Shown piece after piece: positions 10,103 to 20,337 of a DNA stretch of 64,000 nt. The stretch spans positions 1,376,001 to 1,440,000 of the forward strand of contig CAWCKJ010000004.1 of assembly GCA_963796105.1 (NCBI GenBank). Reading direction: 5' to 3'. A program made the position numbers and the translations under genes. The notes under the pieces were generated by a model, which had not been told where the DNA came from, made no database searches, and saw only the letters and a program-made list of their open reading frames with translations. Position 1 is the first letter of the stretch. The number at the start of each line of letters is the position of its first letter. The DNA is from a candidate division FCPU426 bacterium. GTDB taxonomy: Bacteria > Oederibacteriota > Muellerivitia > Muellerivitales > Muellerivitaceae.

Positions 10103-10780
10103 ATGAACTTTTATTTTTCGCTTTTTCAGCTCATCGAGACAGTGGAGTCGCTCGGCAGGAACGTTCAGCATTTGGCAAGCCGGGCTCTCCGAATCAGTCC
10201 CAGGGACGCGCGCGCCAACCGCGAGCTCTTGGAAAAATGCGAGTTGAAGTTGAACGAGGTTCGGGTGTTATTGAACAACAAGACCCACATCCGGAAGATC
10301 GTCCTCCGCAAGGCTTCCTATTTGTTCCAGATCTTGGATGTCTTCTACCGCCGGGTTTTGCACCTTTCCACGGCGACCGCCAGCATCGGCCCGGACGATG
10401 AGAATTCCGTCAAGGCCGTATGGCAGCTTCAGGCCTTGGCTCAAAAGCACTACCAGATCGTGGTACACACCCTCTTTGAGCTTACCGGTATTCCGGTGAC
10501 TCTGGCCCTGGACGCTTCCAGGGAATACGGCGCGAGGGATTTCAATTCCGTCATCCAGGATGAGGCGGTCTGCCATCAGGAAGCCCTCAAGCTATTGGAA
10601 AAAGCCATAGAAGTATTTGGCGAGGAACAGGAACTAGCGGACAAACTGGTCTTGATGCGCAAGGAAATCCTCGAGATCAAGAAGAGAATGAAACATTTCT
10701 CCCCAGTTCCGGCCGTGGAAAAAGCTGAGCCGGTTATGGCCCCCGTTTCCGCCGCCATCGCATCTAGTTCTAAAAATTAA
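10103..10780 (+). CDS. Hypothetical all-helical protein (possibly ferritin-like fold)
   Basis: 225-aa ORF with a GGGGAG RBS; helical pattern with H...L..L-T-G-I-P and DE-x-x-x-H. Confidence 0.55.
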   Translation: MNFYFSLFQLIETVESLGRNVQHLASRALRISPRDARANRELLEKCELKLNEVRVLLNNKTHIRKIVLRKASYLFQILDVFYRRVLHLSTATASIGPDDENSVKAVWQLQALAQKHYQIVVHTLFELTGIPVTLALDASREYGARDFNSVIQDEAVCHQEALKLLEKAIEVFGEEQELADKLVLMRKEILEIKKRMKHFSPVPAVEKAEPVMAPVSAAIASSSKN

Positions 10781-10821
10781 AGAGTGAACACGAGCCAGAT
10801 GCAGGGAAGGGAATTGGCCGA

Positions 10822-12117
10822 ATGAGCCCGAGGCGTTTTCGGCCAGCTGCCCTTTACATGAAGGCTCCATTCCTACGCGAGGTCCTGGACGGGATGCCGG
10901 ATTCGGTGAAGATTATCGATGACCAATTCAGGGTTGTATTTGCCAACCAAGCCGCCCGGGATAAGATTCAAAAGGACCTGAACGAGGTGCGGGGAAGGCC
11001 CTGCCACCAGGTCATCAACGGCTTCAAGGACCGGTGCTTTTTCTGCAACACGAAGAAGGTTTTTGAGAGCGGGGAACCTCAAGTAGGCTATTGCACCTTA
11101 TCCGCCGACGGGAACCTGCGCGACTTCCAGGTTTCCGTTTTTCCCTTGAAGACCGACGGTAAAAAGCCCGAGTTCGCTGTCGAGATCGTCAAGGATATTA
11201 CCAGTCTTTCCAAGGGAGCCCCCTTGTCCCGGGGGGCGGGGAATATTCTCAGCCGGGACAGGACCTTCGGCTGGATATTTGACCAGATGGCCCAGTGCGC
11301 TTTGGACGACGTCCCGGTTCTGGTCCAGGGAGAGAGAGGTACAGGGAAAAAGTCCTTCGCCTCAGCCCTCCATCAAAGAAGCGCGCGTTCCTTCGGCCCC
11401 TTCCGGGTCTATCACTGCGAGAATCCGACCGGCAGCGGGGATCAGGGGGGATTGTTCGGGGAAAGAGGGGAGTGGCAAAAAGCCTCGGGAGGAACCCTTT
11501 TCCTGGACAATTTTGACCTCTTGAGCGAGAGGGACCAGAAGATTCTGGATGGAAAACTTTCCGAGCCGGCAGGCACCGGCTCCCCCCGGGTTGTTGCGGG
11601 AACGAGGATGGATCTACAGCGCTTGACGCGGGAAAAGGCCGTCTTGCCGGGACTCTATGATCGGTTTGCTTCCCATATTCTCTGTCTGCCCGCCTTGAGG
11701 GACCGGCGGCAAGATCTTCCGTTTTTAGCCCAGCATTTCATTGAAACCTACAAGGTCGTGACGGGCTCTCCCGCTGAGAACCTGACTCAAGACGCTCTCA
11801 ACCAATTGATGTCCTATTCCTGGCCCGGAAACCTCCGGGAACTGGAAACCCTGATTGAGCGCGCCTGCCTCATGGCCACCGGACCCAAAATCGAGAAATT
11901 GGATCTGCCCGTCTGCGCCCCGCAAGTCGGAAAACTGGGTGACCAATTGAGTTTGACTGAAAAAGCCTTCCTGGTGGACGCCCTGACTAAGTCAGGGGGC
12001 CGTCTAGCGAAGGCCGCCCAAAGTTCCGGGTTAAGCCTGAAAACCTTCCAAAGAAAGATGATTAAACATGGTTTGAAGACGGCTGATTTCAAGGATCTTC
12101 CGGTAACTGCCTCGTAA
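10822..12117 (+). CDS. PAS + degenerate sigma54-interaction AAA+ + Fis-HTH regulator
   Basis: PAS domain with GRPCHQV...RCFFC; GERGTGK Walker [24 protein letters not shown]-terminal HTH. No GAFTGA. Start may be 10858. Confidence 0.85.
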   Translation: MSPRRFRPAALYMKAPFLREVLDGMPDSVKIIDDQFRVVFANQAARDKIQKDLNEVRGRPCHQVINGFKDRCFFCNTKKVFESGEPQVGYCTLSADGNLRDFQVSVFPLKTDGKKPEFAVEIVKDITSLSKGAPLSRGAGNILSRDRTFGWIFDQMAQCALDDVPVLVQGERGTGKKSFASALHQRSARSFGPFRVYHCENPTGSGDQGGLFGERGEWQKASGGTLFLDNFDLLSERDQKILDGKLSEPAGTGSPRVVAGTRMDLQRLTREKAVLPGLYDRFASHILCLPALRDRRQDLPFLAQHFIETYKVVTGSPAENLTQDALNQLMSYSWPGNLRELETLIERACLMATGPKIEKLDLPVCAPQVGKLGDQLSLTEKAFLVDALTKSGGRLAKAAQSSGLSLKTFQRKMIKHGLKTADFKDLPVTAS

Positions 12118-12212
12118 CCAAGTCACTTTCCTCTTTCTTGACGCTTTCGCTCCCTGGTTTTAAACTGCCCACGCTTCATTTGAACACCCAATCCAACCTT
12201 AAAGGAGATCTT

Positions 12213-13463
12213 GTGTCTCACACCTACCAAAACGTGAAACCGCCGCAAGGGGAGAAGATCAGCATTCAAAACGGGGTATTGGCTGTCCCGGATCATCCGG
12301 TGATCCCGTTTATCGAAGGGGATGGAACCGGGCCGGACATCTGGCACGCGTCGGTAAGGGTCATTGACGCGGCTGTGCAGAAGGCCTTCGGCGGAAAAAA
12401 GAAAATATCCTGGTTCGAGGTTTACGCGGGACAGACCGCTTTCGACAAGTTCCAGAACTGGCTTCCGGACGACACGGTGGAAGCCTTCCGGGAATACCTG
12501 GTGGGAATCAAAGGGCCCTTGACGACGCCCGTGGGGAAAGGTATCCGGTCCCTAAACGTGGCCTTGCGCCAGATGCTGGACCTCTACGTCTGCCTGCGTC
12601 CTGTCAGGTATTTCCAGGGGGTTCCCTCGCCGGTCAAGCACCCGGAGAAAGTGGACATGGTCATATTCCGGGAAAATACAGAGGATATCTACGCCGGCAT
12701 CGAGTGGCAGGCGGAAACGCCCGAGGCCAAGAAAGTCATAGAGTTCCTGCAGAAGGAAATGGGTGTCAAGAAAATCCGGTTTCCCCAGACTTCCGGAATC
12801 GGCATCAAGCCAGTGTCCCAGGAAGGGACCGAGCGGCTGGTGCGCGCGGCGGTGGAATATGCCATCAAGAAAAAAAGAAAAAGCGTCACTTTCGTGCACA
12901 AGGGAAACATCATGAAATTCACCGAGGGAGCCTTCCGCGATTGGGGCTATGCCCTGGTGAGGAAGGAATTTGCCGGGCGCGCTGTGGGTTGGGATGACTG
13001 CGGAGGAAAGCCTCCCGCGGGCCAGGTCCTGGTCAAGGATGCCATCGCCGACATAACCCTCCAGCAGGTGCTCACCCGGCCCGAGGATTTTGACGTGATC
13101 GCGACCTTGAATCTCAACGGAGACTATCTTTCCGATGCCCTAGCCGCCCAAGTGGGAGGCATCGGCATCGCCCCGGGCGGAAACATCAACTATGTCACGG
13201 GACACGCCATCTTCGAGGCCACCCACGGGACGGCGCCCAAGTACGCCAACCTGGATAAGGTCAACCCGGGGTCGGTCATTCTCTCGGGAGTCATGATGCT
13301 GGAGCATTTGGGATGGCTGGATGCCGCGAACCTCATCGTGAAATCCTTGGGAAAAACCATCGGACACAAGGTGGTGACCTACGATTTCGCCAGGCTCATG
13401 GAGGGCGCGAAAGAAGCGAGGTGCTCGGAGTTCGGCACGGCCCTGATCCAGAACATGGTCTAG
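12213..13463 (+). CDS. icd: NADP-dependent isocitrate dehydrogenase
   Basis: [52 protein letters not shown] start at 12213 after an AAGGAG RBS. Confidence 0.97.
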   Translation: MSHTYQNVKPPQGEKISIQNGVLAVPDHPVIPFIEGDGTGPDIWHASVRVIDAAVQKAFGGKKKISWFEVYAGQTAFDKFQNWLPDDTVEAFREYLVGIKGPLTTPVGKGIRSLNVALRQMLDLYVCLRPVRYFQGVPSPVKHPEKVDMVIFRENTEDIYAGIEWQAETPEAKKVIEFLQKEMGVKKIRFPQTSGIGIKPVSQEGTERLVRAAVEYAIKKKRKSVTFVHKGNIMKFTEGAFRDWGYALVRKEFAGRAVGWDDCGGKPPAGQVLVKDAIADITLQQVLTRPEDFDVIATLNLNGDYLSDALAAQVGGIGIAPGGNINYVTGHAIFEATHGTAPKYANLDKVNPGSVILSGVMMLEHLGWLDAANLIVKSLGKTIGHKVVTYDFARLMEGAKEARCSEFGTALIQNMV

Positions 13464-13534
13464 GATTCGGGAACCTTTATACAGGATTTCATCCTAAAAC
13501 CCTATTTACAAGAACGGCCTCAGTCCATCTTTAC

Positions 13535-15742
13535 TTATTTGGCCGTGGGTAGTTTTTCCCCTAGGGGAAAGTTAAATCCTGGCGTTGGAATGGGTTTTTG
13601 GCTGAAGGTTTGGAAATACTTTAGGCATTGATCCCGCCATTGTTGGGCATCCTGGACCTGTTGGCGCAGTTTGCTGGAGACTGTTTGGAATCTTTCCCCA
13701 TCCACTTTGCCTTTGAGTCCTTCCCAATCTTTTTCAAGGCTCATAGCCTCTTTAACCCCCCCCTGGTATTTCCCGCATAGTTCTTCCCAAAAGGTATTCC
13801 CGGACTTCATCATTTGTTCCCAAGGCACGTGGTGGAACCAGAGAAGGTATTTCTCCGGGCAGGTATTAAGGGAATTGAATTTCCCCGATAAGGGGGTGTG
13901 GTACTGGGTGACCGCGGCGCTTCCCTTGAGGGTGCGGTCGAAGCCCAGGCCCCTTGGGTCGGCATGGACGAAATAAGTCGAGGACCAATCCTCGTGCTGG
14001 GGATCGAAAGTCCAGGGCATGGGCGCGTAATGGATGTGGGGGTCGGTCACCCCGTTGAGCCCCAAGGGGCTGTCGTAATCCACGAAAGCCTCCCGGGAAG
14101 CCATCATCATGGTTACGATTGGGTCCGTGATTTGGGGTTTCACGCCCCAGGTCAAGCTTGCCCATTCCCGGGCAATGGCCTCCGCGCTTAAATCCGGGTT
14201 CCAAGCCAGCCTGCCGAAGGCGTACCAGTTGGCCTGGGCGAAGGGATGACCGCACCAGTTCCGGTTATCTCCGGTATTGGCCACGCCCGAGATAACGCTG
14301 TCCTTATGGTTGTTGAGCTTGCCTTCCACGACTTTTTTCACTGTCGAGCCGGGTCCCGTGGAATAGGTATCAGCGTCCAGGAATTCCCTCCATAACGGTG
14401 CCAGGTAAACCAAATGCGTGGATTGGCCCAGGTATTCCTGGGTGACCTGTAATTCGGCGGCCAATGAAGTTTTCGGCATTCCGCCGAACAGGGGGTGGAA
14501 GGGCTCACGGGGCTGGAAATCCAGAGGACCATATTTGACCTGGAGGAAAACATTGGGAAGGAATTTGCCGTCCAAGGGCGTGAACTCCTGGTAAGCCCTT
14601 TTAATCCGGTCATGGTCCACTTTGGGTGAATAAACAAAAGCCCTCCACATCACGATACCCCCATGGGGGGCCAAGGCCTTGGCCAGCATATTCGCCCCCT
14701 GCGCGTGGGTCCGTCCGTAATCGTTGGGTCCGGGTTGGCCCTCGCTGTTGGCCTTGACCAAGAAACCGCCGAAATCCGGGATCAGGCTGTAAATCTCATC
14801 GGCTTTTTGGATCCACCATTTTTGTACCGAGGGGTCGAGGGGGTCGGCGGTGGGAAGGTCCCCCAAAGCCTTGGGAGTTCCAAAGTTGGCGGAAAGGTAC
14901 ACCTGGATGCCGTATGGGCGCAGTGCGTCCGCAAGGGAAGCGGTTTTCTTGAGGTATTCGGTTTTCAGAATCAGGGGATTGGCATTCACGTTGTTCAGGA
15001 CCGCGCCGTTCAAAGCGATGGAGGCGCAGGCCCGCGCGTAATCCCTCACTCGGGAATCGACCCGGGCGGGCAGATCATTCCAGCGCCAGAGGGATTTACC
15101 CGCATAACCTCTTTCAATAGTGCCGTCCAGGTTGTCCCAGTGGTCCAGCATCCGGCGCTTCAGGGCGGGTTTTTCAGCGATATCCAGATTCTCGATGGAC
15201 TGGCGGGTGCCCAGGAGCCGGAGAAGGTGGAAGGCGCCGTAGAGACAACCCAAGGGAGTCTGGGAAGCAATCAGGGTGAAGTGGCGGCCCTCCATCTCGC
15301 AGGATTGGATCAGGTAACCTTCCTTTCCCAAAGCTTGAAGCCTTCGCGCCTCCTTCATTTGGGCCACGAAGGGGGAGGTTTGGGGAGTGCCGACCAATAG
15401 GGAGCCATTCAGGATTTCCTCCCGGATAGGGATATCTTTTCCCAAGAATCCCTTGAGTCCCTGTTGAAGTTCGTCCCGAAGGATTTTCTCGGTAGCCGTC
15501 GTTCCTTCCACCACGATAGAGGTTAAGGAGCGGCGGTATGAATTCAGCAGGCTGGAATCTTTCACCTGGTCATAACGAAGCCAGAGCCGGTAGCCATCTT
15601 CGGCCTGGATGTGGGATGAAATAGCCAAGAAACCCACGAACAATATAGGAATCCACCAACGTTTTCGAATGGCGGCGGGTTGAATATTTTTGATGCTGAA
15701 CCTCCAAGGCCCATTTGAGTTGAACAAAAATGATTTTATCAC
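13535..15742 (-). CDS. aguA: Alpha-glucuronidase, GH67, with a probable signal peptide
   Basis: EDGYRLWLRY, HWDNLDGTIERGYAG, VKANSEGQPGP, KYGPLDFQPREP, QANWYAFGRLAW. Start codon uncertain. Confidence 0.95.
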   Translation of the reverse strand: MIKSFLFNSNGPWRFSIKNIQPAAIRKRWWIPILFVGFLAISSHIQAEDGYRLWLRYDQVKDSSLLNSYRRSLTSIVVEGTTATEKILRDELQQGLKGFLGKDIPIREEILNGSLLVGTPQTSPFVAQMKEARRLQALGKEGYLIQSCEMEGRHFTLIASQTPLGCLYGAFHLLRLLGTRQSIENLDIAEKPALKRRMLDHWDNLDGTIERGYAGKSLWRWNDLPARVDSRVRDYARACASIALNGAVLNNVNANPLILKTEYLKKTASLADALRPYGIQVYLSANFGTPKALGDLPTADPLDPSVQKWWIQKADEIYSLIPDFGGFLVKANSEGQPGPNDYGRTHAQGANMLAKALAPHGGIVMWRAFVYSPKVDHDRIKRAYQEFTPLDGKFLPNVFLQVKYGPLDFQPREPFHPLFGGMPKTSLAAELQVTQEYLGQSTHLVYLAPLWREFLDADTYSTGPGSTVKKVVEGKLNNHKDSVISGVANTGDNRNWCGHPFAQANWYAFGRLAWNPDLSAEAIAREWASLTWGVKPQITDPIVTMMMASREAFVDYDSPLGLNGVTDPHIHYAPMPWTFDPQHEDWSSTYFVHADPRGLGFDRTLKGSAAVTQYHTPLSGKFNSLNTCPEKYLLWFHHVPWEQMMKSGNTFWEELCGKYQGGVKEAMSLEKDWEGLKGKVDGERFQTVSSKLRQQVQDAQQWRDQCLKYFQTFSQKPIPTPGFNFPLGEKLPTAK

Positions 15743-15880
15743 TACATCAGGCCGGCTTTATAAATGAGTTCGACCGTATAAACTGAGAGACTCTAACAAA
15801 ATTGAGGATTTGCGAAAGTGGCGTTACCAACAACACCATGAGACATTTTAATTCCTTTTAATTATGGAGCATTTTCTTTC

Positions 15881-15925
15881 TGTGCATCTGTGCGCTGCCT
15901 TGGGCAGCCTGTGGTGAATGCTTTC
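15881..15925 (-). repeat. ACCACAG-hairpin repeat family copy
   Basis: TGTGCATCTGTGCGCTGCCTTGGGCAGCCTGTGGTGAATGCTTTC, nearly identical to the copy at ~31293-31337. Confidence 0.75.
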
Positions 15926-16023
15926 CTGTTGGAAGTATTAAGCTTGAAGACCGATTCTTCTTGAAAATGAACCGGCATTGTCTTTTATTAGTGCCTTTCA
16001 CAACCTAACCAAGGAAAGTTCTG

Positions 16024-16653
16024 TTGAAACCCAAACGCATCATCCTATTCGATCTCGACGGCACTTTGACCTGGGGCGTGTCCACCACCAGGTTTCTCTT
16101 CCGAAAAATGGGGCAAGAGCCTTTTTTCAAGGAACTGGAATCAGACTGGCTGCGCGAGCAGACCGACCATTTGACCCTGGCCCGGAAAGTCACGGCCCGG
16201 ATGAAGGACTGGAAAACGAGGGACATCGAAAAAGCCCTGCGCGCTATCCCTAAGATGAGGAGAATTGGTTTTACCGTCCGGACCCTGAAAAAGAAAGGCT
16301 ATTACACTGCTCTATCTACCTTGGGTTATGAGTTCGCGGCCAAGTTTTTCCAGGATTGGTATGGTTTTGACGAGGTGCGTGGAACGTCATTGGGAATCCG
16401 CGGGGGTGTCATCACGGGTAAGGGAATGAAAATTTTCCAGGAGCACGAGAAATCCCTTTTCCTCAAAGGAATGGCACGAAAATTTTCCATTCCCCTTTCG
16501 GAAACCGTGGCCTTGGGCGACAGTCGGTCGGATCGGGAGGTCTTCAAGACGGCGGGATTTCGGATCGCGGTAAATCATGACGGTTTTTTAAAGGGTAAGG
16601 CGGATAAGGAACTCAAGGGGCGGGATTTGGGAAAAATCCTGAAATATTTATGA
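16024..16653 (+). CDS. HAD-IB family phosphatase (phosphoserine phosphatase-like)
   Basis: FDLDGTL motif I and GDSRSD motif IV. Confidence 0.88.
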   Translation: MKPKRIILFDLDGTLTWGVSTTRFLFRKMGQEPFFKELESDWLREQTDHLTLARKVTARMKDWKTRDIEKALRAIPKMRRIGFTVRTLKKKGYYTALSTLGYEFAAKFFQDWYGFDEVRGTSLGIRGGVITGKGMKIFQEHEKSLFLKGMARKFSIPLSETVALGDSRSDREVFKTAGFRIAVNHDGFLKGKADKELKGRDLGKILKYL

Positions 16654-17528
16654 GCCTTAAGAAAAACGGCGTTCTTCTCATGATGACAGGAAACCTATTT
16701 TTCGGGTTCCTCCCAATCCTGGTCAAGTGGGGAAACACCCAGGGATATTCCTCGACCCAAACGACTTTTTTTCGCTTCGCTTTCGCCACCCTCGGTATCC
16801 TGGCCTTGGCTGGCGCGGGAGTACAGCCCCTCAAACCGGTCAATACCAAGGCTTTGATCTGGCGGGGCTTTTGCGGGGGATCTTCCGTATTCCTTTATTT
16901 CTTCACGCTTCAATGGACGACCGCGGGGAAAGCCACGCTCTTTAACTATACCTACACCATTTGGGCCAACGTCTTCGCGGTGATTTTTTTGAAAAGAAAA
17001 GCTCCTCGGGGATTGGGATTCCTGTTGGCCTTGGCGGGACTGGGGGTGTTCCTGGTCCTGGGGTCGAAGTTTGAGAGTTTGAATTGGGGCGACCTGACCG
17101 GCATTTTTTCGGGTATCGTGGCCGGCGCCGCGGTGGCGGCCACCAGGGAGGCCCGCCGGACCGACAACGCCCTGACGGTTTTCGGGAGTTTCACCTTTTT
17201 CGGGTTCCTGATATCAGGTTTGTTCCTGTTATTTGGGCCTTCCGGCGGTTTCAACCATTGGACTCCACTGACGACCGGCGGGTGGGAAATCCTGCTGGCC
17301 ATGGGAGCCTGCGCCATGGGGGCACAGCTTTTGTTCACCCAAGGCTATGGTTACACCAGCCTGGCCATGGGAACACTCTTGTCCCTCACCGTACCGGTTT
17401 TGGCAGCCCTCTTTGGCTTGCTTTTCTTGAATGAGCCTTTAACCCCCCATTTCATCCTAGGCACTACCATGGTTTTGGCCGCCTGTGGAATTTTATCCCG
17501 CTTGGATTCAAAACCCCATTATCAATAG
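16650..17528 (+). CDS. DMT/EamA family transporter
   Basis: About 10 TM segments in two EamA repeats, FFRF, and a C-terminal L-N-E-P-L. Confidence 0.9.
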   Translation: MSLKKNGVLLMMTGNLFFGFLPILVKWGNTQGYSSTQTTFFRFAFATLGILALAGAGVQPLKPVNTKALIWRGFCGGSSVFLYFFTLQWTTAGKATLFNYTYTIWANVFAVIFLKRKAPRGLGFLLALAGLGVFLVLGSKFESLNWGDLTGIFSGIVAGAAVAATREARRTDNALTVFGSFTFFGFLISGLFLLFGPSGGFNHWTPLTTGGWEILLAMGACAMGAQLLFTQGYGYTSLAMGTLLSLTVPVLAALFGLLFLNEPLTPHFILGTTMVLAACGILSRLDSKPHYQ

Positions 17529-17734
17529 CGGGAATAGATGAAAAATTGTTTGATTTCTGGCCAGGGCATCTTTGCTTTAGAAAATTTCAGGATAGGTGAT
17601 GCGGCATTTTAAAATAAGAAAGATGACAGGATTTTAGTGAGGGATTTATGACTCCTCCTGGTGGTAAAATGTTACTAGAAAAAAGGTCACGGTTTTTTCC
17701 TGAAAGGGAAATAGGTAATTGATCACCTTCAGGG

Positions 17735-18220
17735 ATGAGGTTTTTTTGGGGGGTGGGTCTCATGTCCATGAAAACGGGTTGGGTCGAGAAAAGACTGCAC
17801 GAGCGCGTTGTCGCCACCCTGAAAGTCGATTTCCGGGTAGTGGACCCCAAGGAATCCAAGAAGATCCTGGACCACGTCCATTACAGCCATACCACCATTG
17901 ACCACATGCCTGAACTGGCCAAGTCGTCCCCCCTCTACCATGCCGTCACGCGGGATATTTCCATGGGGGGCTTGGCCTTGATTAGCGACCAGCCTTTTTC
18001 ATCGGGCGGGTTGGTGGAGATAGGGCTTCACCTGCCCCAATACAACACCATCCTGAAATTCCTGGCCAAGGTGGCCCACACGGATAAATTCGTCGAGTTG
18101 GGCCGGAATATTTACCGGGCGGGTGTCCAAACCGTCGCCATCAACCAGGCGGACCTCAATCGGATTGAGACTTATTTATTCAAGTTAAAACTTCAGTCAG
18201 GGCCTCAGGAGCCTGCCTGA
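17735..18220 (+). CDS. PilZ domain protein
   Basis: RLHER (RxxxR) and DISMGG (DxSxxG) motifs; start may be 17762 or 17768. Confidence 0.8.
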   Translation: MRFFWGVGLMSMKTGWVEKRLHERVVATLKVDFRVVDPKESKKILDHVHYSHTTIDHMPELAKSSPLYHAVTRDISMGGLALISDQPFSSGGLVEIGLHLPQYNTILKFLAKVAHTDKFVELGRNIYRAGVQTVAINQADLNRIETYLFKLKLQSGPQEPA

Positions 18221-18402
18221 GGCTGTTTCCGGCTTCCCCTCATTTTTTGTGAATTGTGTAACTTCATTTCCTAACCTTTTCTGAATCTTTCCCGTTTGAT
18301 AAGGCGAAAATCAACTCATTCCTCAGGCCCTTGACTTCCAATGGCTTTGGAAGATACTGCCCAAAGAGCAACAAGCGTTCGGATGTTTACTAAGGAGACC
18401 TA

Positions 18403-18840
18403 GTGGATTTCAAGACGGCCTGGATGGAAAAAAAGCTCAAGGACAGGGTAATCGCCACCTTGAAGGTGGATTACCGCCTAGTGGACCCCAAGGATTCCAA
18501 GAAAATCCTCGGGCATTCCCACTACAAGGCCACCACCATGGAAATCATGGCGGGGGCCTCCGAAAAATCATCCCTCTGGCACGCCGCGGCCCGGGACATA
18601 TCCACGGGAGGCCTTTCCCTCCTGGCCTATGAGCCCATCAGTAAAGGATCCCTTGCGGAAGTTGGCCTGCACCTTCCCCAGTACCATGCGGTCCTCAAGT
18701 TCCTGGCCCAGGTGAACCATGTCGAGAATTTCACCGAGATGGGCCGGGTCATCCATCACGCCGATTTGCGGCCGTTGGCCGTCAACAAGGGCGATTTGGA
18801 AAAAATCGAGGCTTTCCTGATCCGGCAAATGGAGCCATAA
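18403..18840 (+). CDS. PilZ domain protein, paralog of the upstream gene
   Basis: KLKDR and DISTGG; clearly similar to 17735..18220 (ATLKVD, DPK-x-SKKIL, GLHLPQY, LKFLA); GGAG RBS. Confidence 0.8.
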   Translation: MDFKTAWMEKKLKDRVIATLKVDYRLVDPKDSKKILGHSHYKATTMEIMAGASEKSSLWHAAARDISTGGLSLLAYEPISKGSLAEVGLHLPQYHAVLKFLAQVNHVENFTEMGRVIHHADLRPLAVNKGDLEKIEAFLIRQMEP

Positions 18841-18847
18841 AAAGACC

Positions 18848-19858
18848 ATGAGCGTACCCGCCCTCTCCACGCCCACTTTCTCACGCCTTCCCCGCTGGCG
18901 GGGTTTCAACCTTTTGGGCCGCTATTCCTTCCACAAGCAATCCAATTTCGGGGCTTTCCTGGAGTGGGATTTTCGCATGATCGCAGAGTTGGGTTTCGAT
19001 TTCGTGAGGTTTCCCCTGGATTACCGTTTCTGGATCAAGGACGGCGATTGGGAAAAGATCGATCCGGATGCTTTCCGGGAAATCGACCAGGCATTGGCCT
19101 GGGCGAAAAAATACCGTCTCCACGCCTGCGTTAATTTTCACCGCGCTCCCGGATACTGCATCAACCTTCCCAAGGAATCCCGGAACCTTTGGACCGACCG
19201 GGAAGCCCAGGAGGTTTGCGCGGCCCACTGGGCCTTTTTCGCCAAGCGTTTCCGGGGAATCCCCAACCAGGAAATGACTTTCGATCTCTTCAACGAGCCC
19301 CATGAGGTGTCTAACGCCGACTATGCCGCAGTCGTAACGCTCATGGCCGCGGCCATCCGCTCGGAGGATCCCCAACGCCTTATCATCGCGGACGGCACGG
19401 AAGTGGGGAACCGTCCGGTGCCGGAACTGATCCCCTTAAAGGTGGCCCAGGCCACCCGGGGCTATCAGCCCATGGAAGTGAGCCATTACCTCGCGGCCTG
19501 GGCGCCGGGCGGGGGGCGGCACCCCAAACCCACCTGGCCGCTGGAGAAGGAAGGGAAACGGTTGGATCGCGCTTGGCTCAAGAGGGAATTCATCGAGCCC
19601 TGGAAGGAACTGGAAGCTCGGGAGGTGGGGGTGTTCGTGGGGGAATGGGGCGTTTACAACCGCACGCCCCACGGGGTCGCGCTGGCCTCCATGCGGGATC
19701 ACCTGGAACTTTGGAAGGAAGCGGGATGGGGCTGGGCCTTATGGAATTTCCGGGGGGATTTCGGATTCCTGGACAGCGGCCGCGAGGATGTGGATTACGA
19801 GGACTTTGAAGGTCACAAGCTTGACAGAAAAATGCTGGAACTTTTAAAGGCTTATTAA
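18848..19858 (+). CDS. Glycoside hydrolase family 5 (no signal peptide)
   Basis: RGFNL, GFDFVRFP, NFHRAPG, acid/base NEP, nucleophile VGEWG, GWALWNF. Confidence 0.92.
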   Translation: MSVPALSTPTFSRLPRWRGFNLLGRYSFHKQSNFGAFLEWDFRMIAELGFDFVRFPLDYRFWIKDGDWEKIDPDAFREIDQALAWAKKYRLHACVNFHRAPGYCINLPKESRNLWTDREAQEVCAAHWAFFAKRFRGIPNQEMTFDLFNEPHEVSNADYAAVVTLMAAAIRSEDPQRLIIADGTEVGNRPVPELIPLKVAQATRGYQPMEVSHYLAAWAPGGGRHPKPTWPLEKEGKRLDRAWLKREFIEPWKELEAREVGVFVGEWGVYNRTPHGVALASMRDHLELWKEAGWGWALWNFRGDFGFLDSGREDVDYEDFEGHKLDRKMLELLKAY

Positions 19859-19869
19859 TCAAAAGAAGT

Positions 19870-20298
19870 CTACTCCCCGAGAAACTGGAGTACGACCTGG
19901 CGCTTGCGGGACCGGTTGTCGAAATCAATCAGCACAATTTGCTGCCAAGTCCCCAGCGCGGCCTGGCCCTCCAACACGGGAAAGGTTTGGCTGGTTCCGA
20001 TCAGGGAAGAACGCAGGTGGGAATGGCCGTTACCGTCCTGCCAAGTGTCATCGTGGTGGTACCTTCCCGGAGGGGCGATCTTGTCCAGCATCTCGGGGAT
20101 ATCCTGCGCCAAACCCGGCTCGAATTCCATGGTGGTGATGCCGGCGGTGGAACCCACTACCGAGATGGTGACGATGCCCTGCCGGCACTTAATGGAAGAC
20201 AGGAATTCCTGAACCTCCCCGGTCACATCCTGAATATGGCTGTTGCCTCGGCTGGAAATATGGATGGTCTTTGACTCGTTCTTCAAGGATGTTGCCAT
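19870..20298 (-). CDS. yjbQ: YjbQ/UPF0047 family protein
   Basis: GSTAGIT, NGHSHLRSSLIG and LGTWQQI motifs; ATG at 20298 after GGAGG. Confidence 0.9.
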   Translation of the reverse strand: MATSLKNESKTIHISSRGNSHIQDVTGEVQEFLSSIKCRQGIVTISVVGSTAGITTMEFEPGLAQDIPEMLDKIAPPGRYHHDDTWQDGNGHSHLRSSLIGTSQTFPVLEGQAALGTWQQIVLIDFDNRSRKRQVVLQFLGE

Positions 20299-20337
20299 GG
20301 CTTCCTCCTCCAAAAGGTATTTCAACAAATATTTAAT

